Source: an uncultured Hyphomicrobiaceae bacterium
Lineage (GTDB): Bacteria; Pseudomonadota; Alphaproteobacteria; Rhizobiales; Hyphomicrobiaceae
Length of the DNA stretch: 64,000 nt
Direction: 5' to 3'
Assembly (NCBI GenBank): GCA_964579305.1
Contig: CAZOGY010000001.1
Location: 24,806 to 88,805, forward strand
The position numbers and the translations under genes are program-made. The notes under the pieces were generated by a model. The model ran no database searches. It was not told the DNA's origin and saw only the letters and a program-made list of their open reading frames with translations. Numbering within the stretch: the first letter of the stretch is position 1; every line of letters starts with the position of its first letter. Of this stretch, positions 19,980 through 28,478 are shown piece after piece.

Positions 19980-22528
19980 AAATCTCAATACCTGACTTCT
20001 CGCTTGTCGTGCTTGTTGGGCCAACAGGATGCGGTAAATCTAGCTTTGCACGGACACATTTTTTGGAAACCGAAATTGTTTCGTCAGACCATTGCCGTGC
20101 GCTTGTCAGCGATGACGAGACCAACCAGGAAGCAACGCAAGACGCATTTGAGTTGCTGAATTATACCGTCAGCGTGCGTTTGCGTCGACGCAAACTGACG
20201 GTCGTTGATGCAACATCAGTGCGGCGTGAAGATCGTGCCGGGCTTGTGCAATTGGCGCGCACATATCACGCGCTGCCGATCGCTCTGGTCTTGGATATTG
20301 ATCCTGAAATCTGTGCAAAGCGCAACGAAGAGCGTCCCAATCGACAATTTGGCGGCCACGTTCCGCGCAACCATTCGCGGACATTGCGCCGCGGTTTGCG
20401 CGGCCTGCAAAAGGAAGGATTTCGCCAGATCCACATTATGCGATCGCCTGATGATGTCGATGCGCTGCAGATCGATCGGTCGCCGTTGTGGACCGATCGG
20501 CGCGGTGAGCACGGGCCGTTCGATATTATCGGCGATGTGCACGGTTGTTTCGACGAGCTGGTGCAACTGCTTGAAGCGCTTGGATATAATGTCGACGCTT
20601 TGCCAGAAGACGGCGAAAGCCTTGCCAGTGCGCGTCACCCTGACGGTCGCCAGGCGTTCTTTGTCGGCGACCTGTGTGACCGCGGCCCGCGTAATGCCGA
20701 TGTTCTGCGTCTCGTCATGGGTATGTGTGCAGAAGGGTCCGGCCATTGCGTGATGGGCAATCACGATTTCAAACTGGAAAAGTGGTTGCGCGGAAAGAAA
20801 GTTCAATTATCGCACGGGCTTGATCTGACAGTTGGCGAATTGCAGGCGCGATCCGATCGCTTTCGCGAACAGGTCAAAAAGTTCATCGGAGATTTGCGGT
20901 CGCACGCTTGGCTTGCCGATGGCGATCTTGTGATTGCCCATGCGGGCCTGAAAGAGGAAATGCATGGGCGCGGGTCTGGAGCTGTGCGCAACTTTGCCAT
21001 GTTTGGTGAGACAACCGGCGAAGTCGATGAATTTGGTTTACCGGTGCGATTGAATTGGGCGCGTAATTATGCCGGGCGCGCGGAGGTGATACATGGTCAC
21101 ACGCCGGTGCGCGAAGCCGATTGGTTGAATGGGACTTTGTGTATCGATACCGGCTGTGTTTTCGGTGGCAAGCTGACTGCTTTGCGCTGGCCGGAACGCG
21201 AGCTTGTCGATGTGCCCGCGCTATCTGAATATGCAACGCCGATCCGCCCGCTCGATGATGGTGAGCGGATGCGGGCACAGCAAGACCACGATAAACTTCT
21301 GTATTTCGATGACTTTGCTGCAAAGCAGCGGATTGAAACGCGGTTTAAAAGCACGGTGCTGATACCCGAAGAAAACGCGCTGGCTGCTTTGGAAGTCGCA
21401 AGCCGCTTTGCAGCCGATCCGCGTTGGCTGATTTACCTGCCGCCGACCATGGCCGCATGCCCGACGGCATCGCAGGGGGCGTTCCTGGAGCATCCCGAGC
21501 AAGCGCTCGATTTCTACCGCGATGCTGGCGTGACAGATATCGTGGTTGAAGAAAAACACATGGGTTCGCGCGGGCTCCTCGTCGTGGCGCGGGATGCCGA
21601 CGCGGCACGGGACCGGTTTGGCGTCGAGGATGGCAAGGCCGGGATCATTTACACGCGCACAGGGCGGCCGTTCTTTCGCGACGAGGCGCAAGAGGCGGCT
21701 GTGATTGCGCGGATTGCAACCGCGCTTGACCAATCGGGTCTGTGGGCGGAGCTGGAGAGCGATTGGGTTCTGTTGGATGCGGAAATCATGCCCTGGTCGG
21801 CCAAGGCCCAGGAATTGCTGCGGCGGCAATATTTGCCGACCGTTGCAGCGGCGCGGACGTCTGCGGAGGTGCTGATTTCGGCGCTGGAGCGGGCCAAGCA
21901 CGTGCCGGGTCTGGAGGAATTGACCGCGGCCGCACACCTGCGTCGCGATAATGCGATCGCCATGGGGCGGACCATCGATGGCTATTGCTGGTCGGCAGAA
22001 ACGGTCGACGACTATCGCATTGCACCGTTCCATATCCTGGCTGCTGAGGGGCGCGTTTTCGATGAGGCACCGCACGTCTGGCATATGGAAACGCTTGCGC
22101 GATTGGCAGCCGCCGACCCCATTTTGCAGCAGACCGGCTGGCGGCTGATCGATCCGGGCGATGCTGGGGATCGCGAAGCGGTGATCGCCTGGTGGCTCGA
22201 TCACACGAGCGCTGGCGGCGAGGGCATGGTCATCAAGCCAAACGGGTTTCGCGTTGTCGGCGAGAGAGGTTTGATCCAGCCGGCCATGAAGGTGCGTGGG
22301 CGCGATTATCTGCGGATTATCTACGGGCCGGATTATGATTTGCCTGAGAATATCGAGCGGTTGCGCAAACGCGGATTGACCCGGAAGTTTCAATTGGCCG
22401 ACCGCGAGTTCAAGCTCGGGCTCGAAGGTCTTTATCGGTTTGTTGAACGCAAACCGCTTGCCAAAGTGCATGCCTGCGCGTTGGGCGTGCTTGCGCTTGA
22501 AAGCCAGCCCGTCGACCCGCGGCTGTAA
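19976..22528 (+). CDS. pnkp: Polynucleotide kinase-phosphatase with ligase domain (Pnkp) of the RNA repair system
   Basis: 850 aa. It has a P-loop kinase (VLVGPTGCGKSS), a calcineurin-type phosphoesterase (DIIGDVHGC, GDLCDRGP, GNHD) and a C-terminal nucleotidyltransferase/ligase domain (VVEEKHMGSRG). The three-domain order is that of bacterial Pnkp. Confidence 0.9.
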   Translation: MKISIPDFSLVVLVGPTGCGKSSFARTHFLETEIVSSDHCRALVSDDETNQEATQDAFELLNYTVSVRLRRRKLTVVDATSVRREDRAGLVQLARTYHALPIALVLDIDPEICAKRNEERPNRQFGGHVPRNHSRTLRRGLRGLQKEGFRQIHIMRSPDDVDALQIDRSPLWTDRRGEHGPFDIIGDVHGCFDELVQLLEALGYNVDALPEDGESLASARHPDGRQAFFVGDLCDRGPRNADVLRLVMGMCAEGSGHCVMGNHDFKLEKWLRGKKVQLSHGLDLTVGELQARSDRFREQVKKFIGDLRSHAWLADGDLVIAHAGLKEEMHGRGSGAVRNFAMFGETTGEVDEFGLPVRLNWARNYAGRAEVIHGHTPVREADWLNGTLCIDTGCVFGGKLTALRWPERELVDVPALSEYATPIRPLDDGERMRAQQDHDKLLYFDDFAAKQRIETRFKSTVLIPEENALAALEVASRFAADPRWLIYLPPTMAACPTASQGAFLEHPEQALDFYRDAGVTDIVVEEKHMGSRGLLVVARDADAARDRFGVEDGKAGIIYTRTGRPFFRDEAQEAAVIARIATALDQSGLWAELESDWVLLDAEIMPWSAKAQELLRRQYLPTVAAARTSAEVLISALERAKHVPGLEELTAAAHLRRDNAIAMGRTIDGYCWSAETVDDYRIAPFHILAAEGRVFDEAPHVWHMETLARLAAADPILQQTGWRLIDPGDAGDREAVIAWWLDHTSAGGEGMVIKPNGFRVVGERGLIQPAMKVRGRDYLRIIYGPDYDLPENIERLRKRGLTRKFQLADREFKLGLEGLYRFVERKPLAKVHACALGVLALESQPVDPRL

Positions 22529-22616
22529 TTGCAGCCGTTCCGTTGCGCGCCGTCGATCGTTGAAAACTGAGAGCACTATCCGATCTCACGGAATCGCTTT
22601 GCGATCCACTGACCCG

Positions 22617-22656
22617 ATAAAGATGCTCTATTTCCAACATGATAGAACATCTTTAT
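22617..22656. other. AT-rich imperfect inverted repeat/hairpin between convergent pnkp and the TVP38-family gene
   Basis: Read directly: ATAAAGATGCTCTAT (22617-22631), a 10-nt loop TTCCAACATG, then ATAGAACATCTTTAT (22642-22656). 14 of 15 positions are complementary. No U-run follows on either strand. Confidence 0.5.
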
Positions 22657-22790
22657 CCGACCACTTGACCGCTATTGCGGTGTCGTGTCGTCGGATGATG
22701 CTCTCGTCTGCGGTGGACGCGGCGGGGTCTGCCAACGGCGTCGGCGTCGATGCCGGTAGCGGCGGCGTATTGGGGATTTCCGCGTTGGCG

Positions 22791-23510
22791 TCAGGATGCT
22801 GCGGCGTTGCGGGCGCGACGCTGGAGGATCCAACGGGTCAAGAGCGCAAGGCCGACCCAGGCACCGGCCGCTAAGATCAGATATCCAATGGCGTCGAGAT
22901 CGCCGGCGCGGGCGCGTTCGACGACTTTGCCAAGCAGCGCGATCATGGCCGTCTTCGGGATGATGCCGATCGCGGTTCCGGCAAGGAACGCGGCGTAGGG
23001 TGTCGTTGTCAGACCAAGCGCCATGTTGACCACCACAAACGGTGCGGATGGCACGATCCGGACCATCATGGCCGACAAAAAGCCGTTGCGGCCGATCGCT
23101 TCGACAAGCGCCTTCAAGGTCGGGCCCTGACGTTTGCGCAGCCACTGCGTGCCCGCATAGCGCGCCAGCAGGAAGTTGAGCGAGGCGCTGATCAGCGTCG
23201 ACAGGTAAGCAAAGACGAAGCCTTTCAGTGGCCCAAAGGCGGCCACGCTGAGCGCGATCAACAGGAATTGCGGCGCACCAATAAACGAGCCGGCGGTGAA
23301 CACAACGATCGCAACCAGCAGCGCCCACGGGCTTTGTGCCGCGCCGCTCAAAGCCAGACCAAGCGCCCCGTTTTCATCGAAGCCGACGACGCGGCTCATG
23401 ATCCAGATCACACCGGAGGCGGCCGCGATCGCGCCGAGTACCAGCCCGGCCGTTGTGAGCGCATCGCGGTTGGCAAGCAGGCGGCGCAATTGCTGGCGCG
23501 ACTTATCCAT
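22791..23510 (-). CDS. TVP38/TMEM64 (DedA-superfamily, SNARE-associated) membrane protein
   Basis: ...FTAGSFIGAPQFLLIALSVAAFGPLKGFVFAYLSTLISASLNFLLARYAG...VRIVPSAPFVVVNMALGLT... is the family pattern. Start trimmed to the ATG at 23510 (MDKSRQQL), which overlaps the upstream GT2 stop by 8 nt. Confidence 0.75.
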   Translation of the reverse strand: MDKSRQQLRRLLANRDALTTAGLVLGAIAAASGVIWIMSRVVGFDENGALGLALSGAAQSPWALLVAIVVFTAGSFIGAPQFLLIALSVAAFGPLKGFVFAYLSTLISASLNFLLARYAGTQWLRKRQGPTLKALVEAIGRNGFLSAMMVRIVPSAPFVVVNMALGLTTTPYAAFLAGTAIGIIPKTAMIALLGKVVERARAGDLDAIGYLILAAGAWVGLALLTRWILQRRARNAAAS

Positions 23511-24462
23511 GCGCCATCTCGGAGTGTGCCGATTTTTCGGCGTCAGCAGTATCCTCGACGATCTCGGGCACGCGGGTGCGGCGCCGCAACCAACTGACGC
23601 CGACCAGATCGTAGAGCCCGACAAGGGCGCGAGAGAGGTTGTTGTATTTTGAGATACCGGCTTGGCGGGCGCGATCGTTCACGGGGACATAGGCCACCTC
23701 GTAGCCATAGGTCAGGAATAGCGCCGGCAAATAGCGGTGCAGGCTTGTGAAAAACGGGATGCGCACGATGACATCGCGCCAGTAGACCTTAATGCCGCAG
23801 CCGGTGTCTGGGCAATTATCGCGCAGGACCCAGTCGCGGATCTTATTGGCTGCCTTGGAGGCGAACCGTTTCGAGCCCTCCGCCTTGCGGTTGGTGCGCA
23901 CACCGCCAACCAGCGCGGGCCCGCGCGTTCGCGGCAGCGCGAGCTTTGCCAGCAACTTTGGCAAATCGGCTGGGTCGTTCTGTCCATCGCCGTCCATTTG
24001 CGCAATTACCGGCGCGGTTGCGGCCAGGAAGCCGGTGCGCAGGGCCGTGCTCTGACCGGAGCGAGCCTGGTGGCGGATCAATCGCAGGCCCGGGTAGTTC
24101 CCGGTTGCCATCAAAGCGCGGATTTCATCAGGTGTGGCATCGTCGCTGCCATCATCAACGACGATCACCTCGACCAGTGTCGGGGCGGCGAGAACGGCGT
24201 AGGTCTCTTCCACCAGCCGGCCGATGTTGCCGGCCTCGTTGAGGGCAGGGAGCACCACGCTGACGCGGTGATCGGCAAAGTCCGCTGGTGGCGGCGTGTT
24301 ATCTGGCGAGGTGGTCGGCACGGCACTCACAATCGCGCTTTTGGGTCCGGCTGGGCTGGTAACAGCCTTTGCCGCGGCGAGACAACCGCGTACATCGGCT
24401 GGCGCGAATGTGGTGAACACGCGAGGACGCACAGTGACGGTGATGGCTGGTGGAACGCGCAT
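23503..24462 (-). CDS. Family-2 glycosyltransferase, polyprenyl-phosphate sugar synthase type (ArnC/Dpm1/GtrB-like); start uncertain
   Basis: ...VSVVLPALNEAGNIGRLVEE...VIVVDDGSDDATPDEIRAL...QMDGDGQNDP... are GT2 motifs. The ~60 aa before VSVVLPALNE are low complexity and would overlap the 5' end of the divergent GT39 gene, so the true start is probably internal (GTG). Confidence 0.8.
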   Translation of the reverse strand: MRVPPAITVTVRPRVFTTFAPADVRGCLAAAKAVTSPAGPKSAIVSAVPTTSPDNTPPPADFADHRVSVVLPALNEAGNIGRLVEETYAVLAAPTLVEVIVVDDGSDDATPDEIRALMATGNYPGLRLIRHQARSGQSTALRTGFLAATAPVIAQMDGDGQNDPADLPKLLAKLALPRTRGPALVGGVRTNRKAEGSKRFASKAANKIRDWVLRDNCPDTGCGIKVYWRDVIVRIPFFTSLHRYLPALFLTYGYEVAYVPVNDRARQAGISKYNNLSRALVGLYDLVGVSWLRRRTRVPEIVEDTADAEKSAHSEMAHG

Positions 24463-25987
24463 TGCGGGCGCACGGACGTTTCATGTCGAGTGGCTTGGCG
24501 GCGAGCGGGTCTGGGCCTGGTTCGGCGGGCTTTTGGTTATGACGGCGGCGTTGCTGACCGTTCGCCTGGTCGCGCTGAGCTACAATGCAACCGACGTGTT
24601 CTTCGACGAGGCACAATACTGGTTCTGGGGCCAGGACTTCGCGTTTGGCTATTTCTCCAAGCCGCCGCTGATCGGCTGGATCATTGGTGCAACGACGCAG
24701 GTCTGTGGCGATACGGCCTTTTGTTTGCGGCTGGCGTCTCCCATTCTGCATGGGCTCACGGCACTTGGCGTTTTCGCGGTTGGTCATGTGCTGTACGGGC
24801 CGCGGGTTGGGTTCTGGTCCGGCCTCGTCTATGCCACGCTGCCAGCCGTCTGGCTGTCGTCGGGCATTATCTCGACCGACGTGCCGCTGTTGACATGCTG
24901 GGCTGTGGCACTGGCGGCTTTTGCCATGCTGATCAAGCATCCCCCGACGGTCACGGGCCGGTTGTGGTGGCCAGCGATTTTGCTTGGCGTCGCGTTGGGC
25001 GTCGGGCTGAATGCAAAGTATGCGATGGCTTACTTTGTTCTGTGTGCATTGATCTACGGTTTGGCTGTGCCGCAACAACGCTGGTTCCTGCGCGAGCCCA
25101 GGTTCTGGACGGCGATTGTAATCGCGCTGGTGTTGATTGCGCCGAATATCGTTTGGAACCTGCAGAACGGTTTTGCGACGGTTTCGCACACGGCTGCGAA
25201 CGCGAAATGGTCAGGATCGCTTGGCAATCCGGCAAAGGCGCTGGAATTTTTTGGCGCGCAGTTCGGCGTGTTCGGACCGATCCTGTTTGCCGGCTTGTTG
25301 ATCATTTGCTGGCGCGCGTGGCGGGACGGTCTTCGGGATGCCGATGCGCTATTATTGTCGTTCGCGATCCCGGTGATCCTGATCGTGACGGTACAGGCGT
25401 TCATCTCGCGCGCGCACGCGAATTGGGCGGCCGTCAGCTATGTCGCGGCGCCTGTCCTTGTGACGGCAACGATGATCCGTGATGCGGACTGGCACTGGTT
25501 GCGCGCCTCGCTTGGCCTTCACGTGCTGCTGGGAGCGGGTCTCATTGCGGCGACAACATGGGCTGGCACATTTCAGTTGCCCAACGGCACCGATCCGTTT
25601 GCACGCACCTTAGGTTGGCGCAAGACGGCCGATTTCGTCGCCGCCATGGTGGCATCTGAAACCTCGGCGGGGCGGGCGCCGGCGACGATCCTAACCGAGA
25701 ATCGGGCCATGGCGGCCGAGCTGATCTATTACATGCGTGGTTCTGCGATCCCGATTACGATTTGGCGTGGCGGGCGTGCACCGCAAAACCATTATGAACT
25801 CGTCGTGCCCTACGCGCCCACGAAGCGCGAGCCGGTGTTGTTTGTGACACGCGGCAGTGAGCTCCCCGAAGGACTTGCGGCGCGGTTCTCAATCGTCCAA
25901 GCGCTGGGTCGTCGCCAGGTGCAACCGGGCTTGGGACAGCCGCGCATGGTGCACTTCTTCCACTTGAGCGGGTTCAAAGGTTTGTAA
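24443..25987 (+). CDS. ArnT/PMT-like (GT39/GT83-type) polytopic glycosyltransferase
   Basis: ...ALSYNATDVFFDEAQYWFWGQDFAFGYFSKPPLIGWIIG..., followed by many TM segments, is typical of lipid-carrier-dependent periplasmic glycosyltransferases. Start trimmed to the ATG at 24443, about 20 aa before TM1. Confidence 0.8.
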   Translation: MAGGTRIAGARTFHVEWLGGERVWAWFGGLLVMTAALLTVRLVALSYNATDVFFDEAQYWFWGQDFAFGYFSKPPLIGWIIGATTQVCGDTAFCLRLASPILHGLTALGVFAVGHVLYGPRVGFWSGLVYATLPAVWLSSGIISTDVPLLTCWAVALAAFAMLIKHPPTVTGRLWWPAILLGVALGVGLNAKYAMAYFVLCALIYGLAVPQQRWFLREPRFWTAIVIALVLIAPNIVWNLQNGFATVSHTAANAKWSGSLGNPAKALEFFGAQFGVFGPILFAGLLIICWRAWRDGLRDADALLLSFAIPVILIVTVQAFISRAHANWAAVSYVAAPVLVTATMIRDADWHWLRASLGLHVLLGAGLIAATTWAGTFQLPNGTDPFARTLGWRKTADFVAAMVASETSAGRAPATILTENRAMAAELIYYMRGSAIPITIWRGGRAPQNHYELVVPYAPTKREPVLFVTRGSELPEGLAARFSIVQALGRRQVQPGLGQPRMVHFFHLSGFKGL

Positions 25988-26126
25988 TCTCACAGCGTTC
26001 GGTGTGGATCTCGCACCTGCAGCATGCGTTCATTGATACCAGTACCGCTGGGACACGAATTGATCAGGTGCACCCGTCTGCGAGATTGCTCGCGGCGGTT
26101 GTGCCTTGAAACGCTGGAGCGCGGAT

Positions 26127-26906
26127 ATGCAACTGAACGATAAAGTCGCCGTCATCACCGGTTCAACATCGGGCATCGGGCTTGGCATCGCAAAGGCGAT
26201 GGGCGAGGCGGGCGCGCGCATCGTCATGAACGGACTTGGCAATGCCGATGACAACGCTGAGGCGCTCGCCGACGTGAAAGGCGTGGCACCGGAGGTTCAC
26301 TTCAACGGTGCCAACATGATGCGGCCCGACGAAATCGCCAATCTCATCAAGGACGCAAACCAAGTTTTTGGGAAAGTCGATATTCTCGTCAATAACGCGG
26401 GGATCCAGCACGTCGACCCGATTGAAGACTTCCCGCCCGAAAAATGGGACGCAATCCTCGCGATCAACCTCACATCGTCGTTTCACACGATCCGATCCGT
26501 CGTGCCGGGCATGAAAGAGCGCGGTTGGGGGCGGATCATCAACGTGTGTTCTGCCCACTCGCTGCGTGCCTCACCGCACAAAGCAGCGTACGTCGCGGCC
26601 AAACACGGTCTTGCGGGCCTGACCAAGGTCGTCGCGCTGGAGCTGGCTGAACACGGTGCGACGGCTAACGCCATCTCGCCTGGGTATGTTTGGACGCCGC
26701 TGGTGGAAAAGCAGATCCCGGATGTGGCCCAGTCAGAAGGCGTCAGCGAGGCTGAGGCCAAGAAGATCATTCTGGATAAGCAGGCGACTGGCGAGTTTGC
26801 GACGGTTGAACAGATCGGTGCGCTTGCCGTGTTCCTGGCCAGCGATGCTGCCGCGCAGATCAACGGGGCCAATTACTCAGTTGATGGCGGGTGGACAGCG
26901 CAATGA
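26127..26906 (+). CDS. bdhA: 3-hydroxybutyrate dehydrogenase (SDR family)
   Basis: MQLNDKVAVITGSTSGIGLGIAKAMGEAG...ILVNNAGIQHVDPIEDFPPEKWDAILAINL...SAHSLRASPHKAAYVAAKHGLAGLTKV...VDGGWTAQ closely follows the BdhA pattern. ATG at 26127. Confidence 0.85.
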   Translation: MQLNDKVAVITGSTSGIGLGIAKAMGEAGARIVMNGLGNADDNAEALADVKGVAPEVHFNGANMMRPDEIANLIKDANQVFGKVDILVNNAGIQHVDPIEDFPPEKWDAILAINLTSSFHTIRSVVPGMKERGWGRIINVCSAHSLRASPHKAAYVAAKHGLAGLTKVVALELAEHGATANAISPGYVWTPLVEKQIPDVAQSEGVSEAEAKKIILDKQATGEFATVEQIGALAVFLASDAAAQINGANYSVDGGWTAQ

Positions 26907-28159
26907 ATGACGCGGCACCAGGGGCGCGAGGCTCGCATATTACCAACGGCAAGGCCGCAGACGGAACCGGCGATACCGTCGATAGTTCAGGCGGATCAGG
27001 ATCAGGATCAGGGGCGTTCGATCCAGCGCATCCGTTCGCCTGGCCACGCGATCCGGGCAAAAAGCGCATCGGCCTGGCCCTGCAAGGGGGCGGCGCCCAC
27101 GGCGCTTTCACCTGGGGCGTGATCGACAAGATCCTGGAAGACGGCCGCATCGAGATCGATGCCATATCGGGTACCAGCGCCGGCGCCATGAATGCCGTTG
27201 TGCTCGCTGCCGGGCTGGTGCGCGGTGGACCCGACCGGGCACGCGAAGAATTGGCGACGTTCTGGCGCACGGTGAGCGATGACGCCAAGGTCAGTCCGAT
27301 CCAGCGTTCACTGCTGGATGTCCTGCTTTCAAACTGGAGTTTGGATTATAACCCAGCGTTAGCGGCGCTTGAGATGCTTTCACGTGTGGCATCGCCCTAT
27401 CAGCTCAATCCGCTCAACTGGAATCCATTGCGCGATCTGCTGGCGCGTTCGGTCGATTTCGAAGCTGTTCATGCCTGCAACTGCATTGAATTGTATGTCT
27501 CGGCCACGAACGTGCACACGGGACGTGCGCGCGTGTTCACGACACATGAGATCGATGCGGATGCGGTGATGGCGTCGGCATGTTTGCCGTTCCTGTTCCA
27601 GGCCGTTGAGATCGATGGGGTGCCGTACTGGGACGGCGGATACATGGGCAATCCCGTCCTGGCTCCGTTCTTTGAACGTGATACGTGCACCGATGTCCTG
27701 ATCGTCCAGGTCAATCCGATTGAGCGGCCGCAGACCCCGCGCACTGCGCGAGAGATCTCGGACCGGGTCAACGAGATCTCGTTCAATGCACCGCTGTTGC
27801 GCGAACTCAAACAGGTTGAGTTCGTCAATGCCTGTTTGCGGCGCGGCGAACTGCAGGGGCTCGGCTATCGCGAAGTGTTCCTGCATCGCATCGGCGGTTG
27901 CAACGAGCTTCTCAATTACGGCGCATCCACGAAGCTGAACGCGGAGTGGGCTTTTCTCAAGCGATTGCGCGATACAGGACGCGAGGCGGCAGCACAGTGG
28001 CTAGCTGCGCATTTTTCGGAACTTGGTTCGCGATCAACGTTGGACTTTGCAGGTGTACGGCCGCACTTCGCGCCGGAGGATCCTGTTCCCGACAATGCGC
28101 AAGCTGTTCAGGGACGCTGCGAGCCCATCGGGAAGACTGGGCAAACCGCGGGCGCGTGA
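26903..28159 (+). CDS. Patatin-like phospholipase/esterase
   Basis: It has the oxyanion motif GGGAHG, the nucleophile elbow GTSAG and the catalytic Asp motif YWDGGY. The ATG at 26903 overlaps the bdhA stop (ATGA). Confidence 0.85.
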   Translation: MNDAAPGARGSHITNGKAADGTGDTVDSSGGSGSGSGAFDPAHPFAWPRDPGKKRIGLALQGGGAHGAFTWGVIDKILEDGRIEIDAISGTSAGAMNAVVLAAGLVRGGPDRAREELATFWRTVSDDAKVSPIQRSLLDVLLSNWSLDYNPALAALEMLSRVASPYQLNPLNWNPLRDLLARSVDFEAVHACNCIELYVSATNVHTGRARVFTTHEIDADAVMASACLPFLFQAVEIDGVPYWDGGYMGNPVLAPFFERDTCTDVLIVQVNPIERPQTPRTAREISDRVNEISFNAPLLRELKQVEFVNACLRRGELQGLGYREVFLHRIGGCNELLNYGASTKLNAEWAFLKRLRDTGREAAAQWLAAHFSELGSRSTLDFAGVRPHFAPEDPVPDNAQAVQGRCEPIGKTGQTAGA

Positions 28160-28232
28160 TCACCGACCGGCGACCCATGGCAGGGCGGCTCTGTTTGATT
28201 TGCATGGGCAGACGAGGCCGCCGGGGCCACCG

Positions 28233-28358
28233 TTACGGATTATACAGCCCCGCAACAATTGCGGAGATCGCCACGAGTGTCAGCGCTAAAGCGCCGGCGA
28301 GTTCGACGGCACGTTTGCGGGGGCGGCCCGCCATCGCCAATCGCGTTCTTTGAAGCAT
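28233..28358 (-). CDS. Candidate 41-aa single-TM peptide (below the ORF-track size cutoff)
   Basis: My translation: MLQRTRLAMAGRPRKRAVELAGALALTLVAISAIVAGLYNP. A strong SD, GGAGG (complement of 28366-28370), lies 7 nt upstream of the ATG at 28358. Confidence 0.3.
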   Translation of the reverse strand: MLQRTRLAMAGRPRKRAVELAGALALTLVAISAIVAGLYNP

Positions 28359-28478
28359 CGCCACGCCTCCATTCTCGATGCGGCGAACGTGGCGCGGTGC
28401 GCATGCTTCAGCCATTACGAATAGTGCCGCGCGGCATATGCGCTCAGATACATGGTGCGGCCTTGCGTTGGCTAAGCG

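Noticed and set aside
18717-20024. A 435-aa minus-strand ORF antisense to hen1. A similar 451-aa ORF (21221-22576) lies antisense to pnkp.
   Set aside because: The translations are Arg/Pro/Gly/Gln-rich and low in complexity, with no recognisable motifs. They fully overlap genes that have strong family signatures. Long antisense ORFs are expected in GC-rich DNA.
23737-25482. A 581-aa plus-strand ORF spanning the GT2 and GT39 genes.
   Set aside because: It is out of frame with the ArnT-like protein and antisense to the GT2 gene. The sequence is Arg/Gly/Trp-rich with no family pattern. The 24296/24443 frame carries the genuine GT39 motifs.
26993-27010. A (GGATCA)x3 tandem repeat.
   Set aside because: It is a short in-frame coding repeat (Gly-Ser linker) within the patatin gene's N-terminal region. 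It is not a CRISPR array or a non-coding repeat array.
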